Shown here piece by piece: positions 56,182 through 64,000 of a DNA stretch of 64,000 nt. Both the position numbers and the translations under genes were made by a program. Location: contig CP066684.1 of NCBI GenBank assembly GCA_016432325.1, positions 714,112 to 778,111 of the forward strand, given 5' to 3'. Source of the DNA: Candidatus Aenigmatarchaeota archaeon. Lineage in GTDB: Archaea; Aenigmatarchaeota; Aenigmatarchaeia; PWEA01; JACQIF01. Below the pieces are notes generated by a model. The model had not been told where the DNA came from, made no database searches, and saw nothing but the letters and a program-made list of their open reading frames with translations. Position 1 is the stretch's first letter; the number at the start of each line of letters is the position of its first letter.

Positions 56182-57963
56182 CTATCCTTTGAAAATACGT
56201 TGTGCATTCTCGTAGGCGTACTTCTCCTGCACGGCCGGATTGAGACGCCCGATGAATGCGCGCGTGTAGTTGTTCAGCGTCAGCGCAACTTCGGGATCCA
56301 GAGACCATGGAGAGCTCCAGCCGCGGTCCGTGTCCCACAGAACCTGGTTCGGATGGCGCTCGGTGAAGCCTTTCCACGTGCCGAGGTCCTTCTCAAGAAG
56401 CGGTTCGTAGTCCGCAAAGTGCGCCAGGAACTCCTCCTTGCTGACCTCCGGACGCATCAGGAACTCGTCCCCGTAAAGCTCGTCCACTCCGTAGTAGACG
56501 TTGGGATGATTGTCCAGTATCTCCTCGATGTGCTCAAGGTTCTGGACGCCGTTCTCGTAGGGAATCAGCTGGTCTCCGTGAAAAATGAACGTTATGTCCG
56601 GGTTCGCGCTTAGAACGTTCTCGTACGCCTCCTGCTGGCCTTCGCCCAGATGGAAGTAGACGACAAGCCCGTGCTCGCGCACGACGGGGTATATTTCCAT
56701 AAGTCTTTGAGAGTCCGGCGGAAGCGCAGCAGCGCCGCCTTGGCGCGCGTAAAGCCCTATCTCGCCGTAGCCTTCGAAAAGTCCCGGCTCGACGTCTAAC
56801 ATCTCTTCCAGCGTTTCGGCATCGACTGTCGGGTAGCCGTCAGGACTTCCGTCATCGTCCGGCGGCATTATGAAAAGGATGAAACGATCGGGATATTCTT
56901 CGGTTGTTTTCCTAACGACCTCAACCTGCTGCTCTATTATAGGTTCCCATACAGGGAAGAATCCTATCGCCTTCTCTGTGCCCTCGACGTCGAGCGCGCA
57001 TACGATGGTGTCCATTCCCATGTTGACTCCAAGCGTCGGAACGTCGCCCGCGTCCAGCTCGTCGCCAGGCCCGCCGTCGGGCAACGAGGCGATGTGCATG
57101 TGCGTGTCAAACATAGGACCTTTGTAGTAGCCGTCGGGCAGTCCGTTAGGGTCTCTTGGTGCTGGACAATCGACAGGCTCGAACGCCGCGTCTATTCGTT
57201 CGTTCCAATAGAGCTGCTCTGACGACAGCTCCTCTGTTGCTGAGGCGCCCTCCGTTATGTCAACGAGTTCGGTTCGTTGCCCATCCTCCAACGCGACTTC
57301 CAGAACGACCCAGCCTGCGTCAGGGCAGTAGTACTTGTGCGTGTCCGAGCCCGTTTCCAGAGGGGTCCAGTCCCTGGTTTTCAGGCAACCAGCGAACGTG
57401 CCCGAGCGCATCGTGACCGTTTCGTCCAGCGCGAGCACCTCGCCCATATCCTCCGCAACGCCCGCGTAATACTCCTGCCTGTACGAGTCACCGACGCGCG
57501 GGTCGGCCTTCATGATTATTCCGGGTTGCGCGTCGTCGACACCCGCCTCCCATGAACCTTCCGTGTTCACGACGGAACCGTCTTCCAGCTCTTTCGAATC
57601 CTCGCCGAAGTACCAGACGTTGCCTTCCGCGTCTTGCGCGTACCAGTCTTTCGTGTCTTCGATTAGTTCGCCGTCGAGCCAGACGCGGTCCCAAACCACG
57701 CGCGCTGTCACGCCCATCACGACGCGCGTCTCGTTGGTTACGTAAACTTCGATGCGTTCAAGGCCGTCTTCCGTATCGCTCTCGTATACGAAATTGTTTC
57801 CGGGCACAGCAGTGAAATAGCGGTTCGTGATGTCCGATACGAAATCGGAGGGCTCGATGAGAGGGGCGTAGCCTGCGGTTTTCGAATCTCCCGTTTCAGC
57901 CGCCCCGAGGCAGCCGCCGATGAGGATAACAACGACGAGTAACAATGGCGATCTCATGACCAA
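56182..57963 (-). CDS. lipoprotein: unknown N-terminal domain plus amidohydrolase-family domain
   Basis: VILIGGCLGAAE is the lipobox. YYKGPMFDTHMHIASLPDG... aligns along the whole length of 51358..52548. Confidence 0.65.
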   Translation of the reverse strand: MVMRSPLLLVVVILIGGCLGAAETGDSKTAGYAPLIEPSDFVSDITNRYFTAVPGNNFVYESDTEDGLERIEVYVTNETRVVMGVTARVVWDRVWLDGELIEDTKDWYAQDAEGNVWYFGEDSKELEDGSVVNTEGSWEAGVDDAQPGIIMKADPRVGDSYRQEYYAGVAEDMGEVLALDETVTMRSGTFAGCLKTRDWTPLETGSDTHKYYCPDAGWVVLEVALEDGQRTELVDITEGASATEELSSEQLYWNERIDAAFEPVDCPAPRDPNGLPDGYYKGPMFDTHMHIASLPDGGPGDELDAGDVPTLGVNMGMDTIVCALDVEGTEKAIGFFPVWEPIIEQQVEVVRKTTEEYPDRFILFIMPPDDDGSPDGYPTVDAETLEEMLDVEPGLFEGYGEIGLYARQGGAAALPPDSQRLMEIYPVVREHGLVVYFHLGEGQQEAYENVLSANPDITFIFHGDQLIPYENGVQNLEHIEEILDNHPNVYYGVDELYGDEFLMRPEVSKEEFLAHFADYEPLLEKDLGTWKGFTERHPNQVLWDTDRGWSSPWSLDPEVALTLNNYTRAFIGRLNPAVQEKYAYENAQRIFKG

Positions 57964-57987
57964 ACATTCGCGACCCCGTATAAATGC

Positions 57988-59376
57988 CTATCCCAGAACC
58001 CGTTCGTGCGTCACGCATCCCGGCGACGCCTCGTTGTCATAGATGCTTTTGTCGCCGCGATACTCTTCCCACGATTCGTAGAGTGCTAGTATTTTCGCTT
58101 CAACATCTGCCTTGATGGAATCGTCCATGTACGCGAACGGGCACAGATGTTCGGGTTGGGCGCCGCCGTGCAGGATGCCTATCTCCACGAGGCCCAGACC
58201 GTCGTAATTATCCTTGTCATGCGGGCTTACATCGGCGATTATCTGGCCCGCGGTGACGCGGTCGCCTGGGCTGACGCGCACGTTGGTGACGTGCTCGGTT
58301 TCGTAGATCCATTGGCTTCCTTCGTTCGCGGCCACGTGCACGGAGTAGTCGCCGCTGTACAGCTCGGGAACGCCCACCACGACGCCGTCGACGAGCGAAC
58401 GCACGCGCGTGCCCATGGGGACGCGGAACGTCGGCTGCGGGCTCACCTTGTCATCGCCTGTCGAAGTCACGCTGCCGGAAATAATGTAGCCGTACGGCGA
58501 GAAGAGCTGGTTGATGGTCATCTCGGCCTTGGTGAATTGGAAGTCGCCCGCGCGATTCGTTTTTGAATCGTAATAGTCGAGGTCGACGCCGATTGATTTC
58601 AGTTTCAATGGAGGTTCGTTGGCGTTTATTGGGGACTCCTGTTGCTTGCGTACTCTCGCATCCGTGCCTAACTCGTAACAAAGCCTCGGTCCGTTAGGGT
58701 ATTCGGCTTCGTCGAGCAGTCCTTTGTACTCGTAATAGCCTTCCGACTCCGATGTCTCCCACAGCTTGACGAACGCCGGGTCAGCGCGCAACTCTTCGAA
58801 CTTGTCTTCGAGGGCTCGTTGAGCACCCGGTTCCACCAGCGATACCCAACAAGCGGCATCCTTGTAAAACGCGTAATCGTTGAACGCGTACTCCAGACCA
58901 AGGTGGTTGTTGCCGAACATTATCGCGCTTTCGCCTATCTTCTCGCCCTTTTTCACGCTGCTGCCAACGTCCAGTTCTCCGAGCAGTTCTATATGCTCGT
59001 ACTTGAAGATCCACCCTTCTCCGTCTGCGACCGGAGCTATCAGGATGTCAACCACGGTCCCGCCTTGCCCGTCTTCTTTCTCGTTGTAGATTATCTCTCC
59101 GTCTGCTACGGCGTAAATGGGATCTCCTTTATGGATTGTGAAGTCGATTCCTCCGTGTCCGATGCCGCCGTCTTTTGAGCCCCGGATAACGCCGAAAGGG
59201 CTAATCATCTCTCCCGCATGCAAATCTTCTACATCGAAGGGCAAAGCCAGGCCGGTCGGTACTTTTTGAGCGTTCCCACCAGCCGCAATATAATCAGACG
59301 TCTCTCCCTGGCGCTCGCCGGCAACGCAGCCAGACACGAAGAGCAGAACGACGAACAAGACGTATTGTCTGTCCAT
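57988..59376 (-). CDS. lipoprotein with two M23/LytM-like peptidase domains
   Basis: The start is trimmed to MDRQYVLFVVLLFVSGCVAGE, with the ATG sharing one nt with the upstream stop (TGATG). GIGHGGIDFTIHKGDPIYAVADGEIIY is the M23 HxxxD / ...G..V motif. A second degenerate copy occurs near VRSLVDGVVVG...VSPGDRVTAGQIIA. Confidence 0.7.
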   Translation of the reverse strand: MDRQYVLFVVLLFVSGCVAGERQGETSDYIAAGGNAQKVPTGLALPFDVEDLHAGEMISPFGVIRGSKDGGIGHGGIDFTIHKGDPIYAVADGEIIYNEKEDGQGGTVVDILIAPVADGEGWIFKYEHIELLGELDVGSSVKKGEKIGESAIMFGNNHLGLEYAFNDYAFYKDAACWVSLVEPGAQRALEDKFEELRADPAFVKLWETSESEGYYEYKGLLDEAEYPNGPRLCYELGTDARVRKQQESPINANEPPLKLKSIGVDLDYYDSKTNRAGDFQFTKAEMTINQLFSPYGYIISGSVTSTGDDKVSPQPTFRVPMGTRVRSLVDGVVVGVPELYSGDYSVHVAANEGSQWIYETEHVTNVRVSPGDRVTAGQIIADVSPHDKDNYDGLGLVEIGILHGGAQPEHLCPFAYMDDSIKADVEAKILALYESWEEYRGDKSIYDNEASPGCVTHERVLG

Positions 59377-60758
59377 CAACTCTGCCTCAGGGCACCGTTT
59401 ATTTTTTCCAGATCCAATACTTTCTGCCAAGTCTTTCCGGAATCCGGCGATTTCCAGACATGGGCATCCGTACCGCTCATGTATATTGTGCCCGCGTCGT
59501 TGGGGTCCCATACGATATTTGAAATGCGCACGTTGGTGTTGTCTATCTCGTCCGGCTGAGCGACAGGCTGCCAGGTTCTTCCCGCGTCGTAGCTTTCCAC
59601 AAGATCGCCGTCGGCGTACCAAGGCGAGTAGCCTATTATGTGGTCGCCCTCAGAATCGTGCGGGTCGTAACGTCCAACCCAGACGAATACCGGAGTTTGT
59701 TCGAATGTGTCTCCTCTGTCCATGGATACAAAGCTTTTCTGTTCCGCATCGCTTGGGAATTTGTCACCAAAGAGGAAAGGCCTTACAAAGACATGGTCGA
59801 AATTTTGCTCTGCAACATCGGCGTCAAAAACGTTTTGGTAAGGGCTCGGCAGCTTTGCGGCCAGTGCCGTCCACGTGCGACCGCCGTCCACGGAGCGCAT
59901 GGGCCCGAACTGCTCGTACGTGAATATCTCTTCGATGTAATCCGGGTGATAGACGTGGGAGTGCGACTGGGTCATCAGCATAATCTCCTGAGAGCTTTCG
60001 CCCACGAAGATCGCCGTTGCCTGCAGGCCGGGCAGCATGCCGCTGTCGACTTCTGCCCACGTCTGTCCCCCGTCAGCCGTCCTGTACATAGGCCCTTTCT
60101 CGTTGATGACTTCTTTGTGAGGCGCCTCATTGAACGTGGCGGGATCCGAGTTCACGCCGTAGTATATTACCATTGGGTCGTTGGGGTCAAGTGCAATCGC
60201 TCCGGTGCCTCCGGCATTCATGTCGCCATGCACGATCTGGTGCCACGACTTGCCTCCGTCAAGTGTCTCCCAGATGCCCGCCGTTTCGGAATAAGACCAG
60301 TCTATCGGGCCGGTGGAAACATCCGCCGGGGCCAGCAAAAGCCGTTGGCTGTTGGCGGGATCCATGACCATTCCGGCCATGTCCGGATAGCACTTTTGCG
60401 TCAGGTCCTTGTTGTCCGGATATGCAAGAATGCCGTTCGAACTCGGTTTCCACGTCGCGCCTGCGTCGGTTGACTTGAAGATGCCTTTCCCCTCGACGCC
60501 CACGTATAGCACGCGCCCGGAAGGATCGATAACCAGGCTGTTTCTGGTATCGTAAGTATTTTCGAAGCTGCAGTCGATGCCGCCGGCTCGTAACGTTTGC
60601 TTGTGGGAAGCCAGAGGATCGTCGGAATGGACCGTTTCCCCGACGGTTTCGTTTTCCGGTGCCTCTGCGCCGGCTTCGCCTTCGATTTCCTGCGTTTCGT
60701 TCGGCGCAGAAACACAGCCGCTGATAAGAACTATGAGAATGACAAGAGCCAACTTCAT
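59376..60758 (-). CDS. lipoprotein with seven BNR/Asp-box repeats (beta-propeller, sialidase/Ycf48-like)
   Basis: ILIVLISGCVSAPN is the lipobox. Asp-boxes: STDAGATW, TLDGGKSW, TADGGQTW, SVDGGRTW, SMDRGDTF, SYDAGRTW and SPDSGKTW. Confidence 0.8.
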   Translation of the reverse strand: MKLALVILIVLISGCVSAPNETQEIEGEAGAEAPENETVGETVHSDDPLASHKQTLRAGGIDCSFENTYDTRNSLVIDPSGRVLYVGVEGKGIFKSTDAGATWKPSSNGILAYPDNKDLTQKCYPDMAGMVMDPANSQRLLLAPADVSTGPIDWSYSETAGIWETLDGGKSWHQIVHGDMNAGGTGAIALDPNDPMVIYYGVNSDPATFNEAPHKEVINEKGPMYRTADGGQTWAEVDSGMLPGLQATAIFVGESSQEIMLMTQSHSHVYHPDYIEEIFTYEQFGPMRSVDGGRTWTALAAKLPSPYQNVFDADVAEQNFDHVFVRPFLFGDKFPSDAEQKSFVSMDRGDTFEQTPVFVWVGRYDPHDSEGDHIIGYSPWYADGDLVESYDAGRTWQPVAQPDEIDNTNVRISNIVWDPNDAGTIYMSGTDAHVWKSPDSGKTWQKVLDLEKINGALRQS

Positions 60759-60800
60759 ACGGAAAAATATCCCCCGGAGTATAAATCCGCGGTTCGCAGG

Positions 60801-61421
60801 TCAATGGCCTTCCGGATCATCACCGGACGAATCCGGCGCGGTGCGCGTCAGTTTCTTTTTCACAACAGCGGTTCCTCCCGCCTTGTACGTCAGGTCGATA
60901 CTAACGGACTGCTCCCCGCTTACGTCGCCGAACCTGTAATGGTAGTGCACCTTGCCTTTCTGGCCCGGCTCAAGCACGAGCGGCTCGCCTTTGTAATAAT
61001 CGGGGTGCATGTTGACGTAGTCGATCCTCTCCCAGCTCTGTCGAGAAGGAAACGCCTCCCACGTGCCGCTGTACTGTTCGTATGTGCGCCCGCCGGCAGT
61101 AAACGTCATCTCCACAGACACGATGGATACGCGCTCCCCTCCTTCGTTATAAATGAGCATCTCCGACTCGTCGCCTTTCAGCGAATACGTCGAGGGCCAG
61201 TAGTGCTCCATGGAAACGCCGTCTTTTGAAAAGAAAATCTGTTCGGTTTGGACTGGCGAGCTCTCTTCCCTAACTTCTGTGCCTGACCCGTTTGTCGAGA
61301 CATCCACCGACGCGGGGTCGTCTACTGCAGGAGCATTCTCATCCGCGTACCCGTTAGGCGTTCCACCAGAGACACATCCCGCAACGAGGACAACCAGCAC
61401 GAATGTTGCAACCATTTTCAT
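60801..61421 (-). CDS. lipoprotein of unknown function (206 aa)
   Basis: VLVVLVAGCVSGG is the lipobox. It starts 6 nt after the upstream stop. Confidence 0.55.
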   Translation of the reverse strand: MKMVATFVLVVLVAGCVSGGTPNGYADENAPAVDDPASVDVSTNGSGTEVREESSPVQTEQIFFSKDGVSMEHYWPSTYSLKGDESEMLIYNEGGERVSIVSVEMTFTAGGRTYEQYSGTWEAFPSRQSWERIDYVNMHPDYYKGEPLVLEPGQKGKVHYHYRFGDVSGEQSVSIDLTYKAGGTAVVKKKLTRTAPDSSGDDPEGH

Positions 61422-61427
61422 ATGTCA

Positions 61428-62543
61428 CTACCTGTAGTAGGTTTTTGAAGATGCGGGCAGAGCCGATGGGCAGGATCCAGAATCGCTATATGCGAACTTC
61501 ATCTCTGTGGCAGAGACAACCTTGAAGAACGCGTATCCCCCGTCCGTCCTGTAGCAATGTTCGCTTGTTATCTTGGCCGGGTCCTTGTTCGTGGGTTCGT
61601 CGGCTTGAATATCCAAGCGCCGGTTATCGACCTGATGGACAACGGTTTCTCCGGCAGAGTTCCTGAAAACCGACAGCGGGCTCGCGTAGATCCCGTCCAG
61701 TTCTTCGCGCAACCCCGTTTCCGCATCGGGCGAGAAGTGCCACATACCGGAGAGCGTTCCTGAGACGTCTCTGGAAGCGGTCCCGCATGTCTGCGACTGC
61801 CCGGCGCGGCTGTAACCCATGAGGTCCATGTACTCGCGTTTTAAGTCTTCTGGGTAGAAATCAAACGGACAGCGCGCCGTTAGCAGACGCCTGCCCGCCT
61901 CATCCTTCGTTAATCTTTCCCTATTGGCGAAATTGTTTTCTTGCGTCGCGTCGGTAAGGTAGATGTTCCAGTTGTGCGCCAGCGAAGTGCCGCTGGTGTA
62001 GGCGACAACTTCGCCCGCTTTGACCGCGAGAGGTTTCGTTAGGAACTGGTCACGCGAGTCGCTGCTGGGAGTTCTTGTCGTAGCGTCCATTACCCCATCG
62101 CTGGCGCGCGTTATGTGGTCGTATTTGAGCACCACGTCGGGAGAAACCCTGAAGTGAAGAACCCAACCTTTCTCTCCTCCAGAGCTCCAGTAAGCGTATC
62201 GTTCGAGAATCATATCTGTCGGCGCACGCACCTCGATTTCGTTGTTGTTCGCGTACGCCTCTGGCTTGAGATTGACCATAACGCCGCCAATGGTCTGCGC
62301 CTCCGAATAGCCTCCGTTGAGTTCACCCAACGGCGTGATGTGGCTGGCGAAATCGGGGTCGAATATCTCGTGCGTGAAGACGAGCGGTGCTTCGAGAGCG
62401 TTTTGCGAAACCTCTTCCACAACATTGGAAACGTCCGAACTGTTTTCCGGTCGCTCCGGTTCCGATTCTCCCCATTGTCTGGTTTCACCGGAAAGGCAAC
62501 CAGAGACAAGAACAGCGGCGAGCAGAATGGCTACCATTTTCAT
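61428..62543 (-). CDS. lipoprotein of unknown function (371 aa), paralog of 55339..56148
   Basis: LLAAVLVSGCLSGE is the lipobox. It is the first gene of the minus-strand lipoprotein operon. Confidence 0.55.
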   Translation of the reverse strand: MKMVAILLAAVLVSGCLSGETRQWGESEPERPENSSDVSNVVEEVSQNALEAPLVFTHEIFDPDFASHITPLGELNGGYSEAQTIGGVMVNLKPEAYANNNEIEVRAPTDMILERYAYWSSGGEKGWVLHFRVSPDVVLKYDHITRASDGVMDATTRTPSSDSRDQFLTKPLAVKAGEVVAYTSGTSLAHNWNIYLTDATQENNFANRERLTKDEAGRRLLTARCPFDFYPEDLKREYMDLMGYSRAGQSQTCGTASRDVSGTLSGMWHFSPDAETGLREELDGIYASPLSVFRNSAGETVVHQVDNRRLDIQADEPTNKDPAKITSEHCYRTDGGYAFFKVVSATEMKFAYSDSGSCPSALPASSKTYYR

Positions 62544-62723
62544 AGACCGTTGACGTGAAGCCCTGAAGATAAGCTTGCGGCGCCCGCTTTAACAGAGGTA
62601 ATACCGAACAGTGTGTTATGGAGCCCCGGGTGAGGCGCCCACCCAGAATGTGGAACCTTTACTATGTCACTAAAATCCGACACTGATTATTGTATGTGTT
62701 TGTATTTATAGATTATCGGTGGA

Positions 62724-63101
62724 ATGAGATACATGGACGTCAAAATCACGACATCGGAGAAAGTTGTCATCGCAAGCGGGGCTTTCATCACATTCAACGA
62801 GAAACCTAGCGTGGTTTCTATGACTCACGAAGGCGAAACGTTGAATCTAGAATTATATTTCATACACGACGATGACACAAAAGAACGCCGTGTTGAGTAC
62901 AAACCAAATGAACAGAAGACCGCTCTAATCGTGAAATTGTTCAACTTCAGTAGTGGTCTTGGGACCAGTTTCGGAAAGCCCATTGAAATAGGAACAATAA
63001 ACGAGAAACCAATATACTTGCAGCTCCATGTAAAATCTCTTTCTAAAGCGACGAAGGAGGTTACATACACATTCTACAAAGGTGGTGCGAATGCCAGCTA
63101 G
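62724..63101 (+). CDS. hypothetical protein (125 aa) in an AT-rich segment
   Basis: Track ORF. The local GC content is visibly lower than in the rest of the window. Confidence 0.4.
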   Translation: MRYMDVKITTSEKVVIASGAFITFNEKPSVVSMTHEGETLNLELYFIHDDDTKERRVEYKPNEQKTALIVKLFNFSSGLGTSFGKPIEIGTINEKPIYLQLHVKSLSKATKEVTYTFYKGGANAS

Positions 63102-63357
63102 GGAGTCTCGCGAATATCTTAGTGGTAGCCCCGAAATAGTAGATGCACAATTCAAGTATGATCTAGAGAAACACAGGATTAGCGCCTCCACAGGAATAGA
63201 GAAACAAAGAATCGGAGTCAGTGCCATTATTGCAATTCTACTGACCATGGGGATATTTTTGATTTACTTCACGGACGTCCCTGATGGTGTTGCAGATAAG
63301 CTTCTTGTGGTTCTTACTACCATAATTGGTTTCTTGGTTGGTCAGAGCAAAGGTTAA
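63082..63357 (+). CDS. hypothetical small membrane protein (91 aa)
   Basis: It overlaps the previous ORF by 20 nt. It has two hydrophobic helices (AIIAILLTMGIFLIYF and LLVVLTTIIGFLVG). Confidence 0.35.
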   Translation: MVRMPARESREYLSGSPEIVDAQFKYDLEKHRISASTGIEKQRIGVSAIIAILLTMGIFLIYFTDVPDGVADKLLVVLTTIIGFLVGQSKG

Positions 63358-63472
63358 CTTGACATTCTTTGCTCACGTGCTGACATTATTCGACATTCAA
63401 CGAAGAGAGATGTAAATATATCTGGTTAGAAAGAATGCCCGTGCGGGGCACGGAACGCGGTACAGAAAAATT

Positions 63473-63754
63473 ATGTACCGACAACCAAAGGCCGTCGAAC
63501 AAATAGCTTTTGTATTGTTGGTATATAAAGTTTTTGACTCGCTTCACCTTCCAATAAAATCTATTGGCTGCGGAAGTGTCCTGCACGGAGCAGTGGTAGC
63601 TATGTCGCTACCGATAAAGATAGGTGTAGGCGCCGTCGGTCTGGCGGCTGTCCTAGGGGCCGGTTCAATTCTATTGGCCGGATTAAATGTACCACAGTGG
63701 TCAGTTTTCTTGCTGGCCGCCTTGGTGGTGTTTGTACTCGGAAGAGTCTTGTAG
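63473..63754 (+). CDS. hypothetical small membrane protein (93 aa)
   Basis: Hydrophobic segments GVGAVGLAAVLGAGSILLAGL and VFLLAALVVFVLG. Confidence 0.35.
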   Translation: MYRQPKAVEQIAFVLLVYKVFDSLHLPIKSIGCGSVLHGAVVAMSLPIKIGVGAVGLAAVLGAGSILLAGLNVPQWSVFLLAALVVFVLGRVL

Positions 63755-63799
63755 ACACGGGTACTGGGGCCTACGGGCCCCACCCCATCTATAAAATTC

Positions 63800-63964
63800 T
63801 CAGTTTGTCTTGATGTCTTTGTATCTATCGGGCAACTTCAACGTCTCCACTTCTCCGTCGTCGAGGCTCGGAAACATCGCATCGTAAAAACAATCCACAT
63901 ACCTCACGAACGGTCTCCCTTTCTTTACTTCTTCGAACAACATTTCATCTCGTGCTTCTTCCAT
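63800..63964 (-). CDS. possible micro-ORF (54 aa): MEEARDEMLFEEVKKGRPFVRYVDCFYDAMFPSLDDGEVETLKLPDRYKDIKTN
   Basis: SD-like GAGGTGG lies 6 nt upstream of the ATG at 63964. Below the track cut-off. Confidence 0.3.
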   Translation of the reverse strand: MEEARDEMLFEEVKKGRPFVRYVDCFYDAMFPSLDDGEVETLKLPDRYKDIKTN

Positions 63965-64000
63965 CTCCAACCACCTCGATATAACACTGTTATACCTTCT

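Noticed and set aside
59377-59622. 82-aa N-terminal extension of the M23 peptidase ORF, and the analogous extensions of 10005..10799, 42106..43221, 44049..44663, 47318..47830, 53730..55331 and 50336..51331.
   Set aside because: The extensions are Arg-rich and non-homologous. They overlap neighbouring genes or abut TATA boxes. Internal Met codons give proper signal peptides or family-typical N-termini.
1-64000. CRISPR arrays, rRNA genes, transposases, integrases and IS elements.
   Set aside because: I saw no regularly spaced direct repeats of CRISPR type, no rRNA-like conserved blocks, and no DDE, tyrosine or serine recombinase motifs in any ORF. The only repeats are the 78-nt tandem duplication, the tRNA 5' copies, the intron hairpin modules and the coding Y/P/T/S repeats.

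Overview
This is an archaeal chromosomal segment of about 55% GC. The archaeal assignment rests on an archaeal-type ThrRS with an N-terminal editing domain, Nop5, ribosomal protein S17e, PurP, a class III (pilin-type) signal peptide, TTTAAATA-type TATA boxes about 26 nt upstream of leaderless ATGs, and GGAGGTG Shine-Dalgarno sites inside operons. A small-genome DPANN-like lineage is only a guess.

Housekeeping content:
- ileS, thrS, asnS, a class II lysS, and gatCAB
- nop5 and rps17e
- an SdhA-like flavoprotein, malic enzyme, an AspA/FumC-family lyase, and purP
- msrA, mscL, and two DHH phosphoesterases

The most striking feature is the tRNA complement. I can fold seven tRNA genes by hand: Gln-TTG, Asn-GTT, Glu-CTC, Arg-TCG, Leu-GAG, Leu-CAA and Gly-CCC. 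All seven are interrupted, with 16 introns in total. Eleven introns sit at non-canonical positions, and six of the seven genes carry an intron in the T-loop. One tRNA-Leu appears to have four introns, giving a 366-nt gene for an 86-nt tRNA. Both tRNA-Leu genes are preceded by a promoter-proximal copy of their own 5' end, folded into a hairpin.

Other notable loci:
- A tightly packed operon of four SD-led micro-ORFs plus an NTase/HEPN-like protein, divergent from a Csa3/CARF-like wHTH regulator and an NTP-transferase.
- A four-gene operon ending in a GIY-YIG nuclease, whose first product ends in a ribosomal-stalk-like tail (GFGGIFG).
- Two conserved enzymes whose N-terminal catalytic motifs lie upstream of any canonical start codon (apparent CTG and ATT starts).
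- A pore-less voltage-sensor-domain protein.
- A 1117-aa secreted protein with a Y/P/T/S repeat tail.
- An 11-kb island of lipobox-bearing secreted hydrolases.

I saw no rRNA, CRISPR array or transposase. All functional calls come from motif recognition by eye and need database confirmation.
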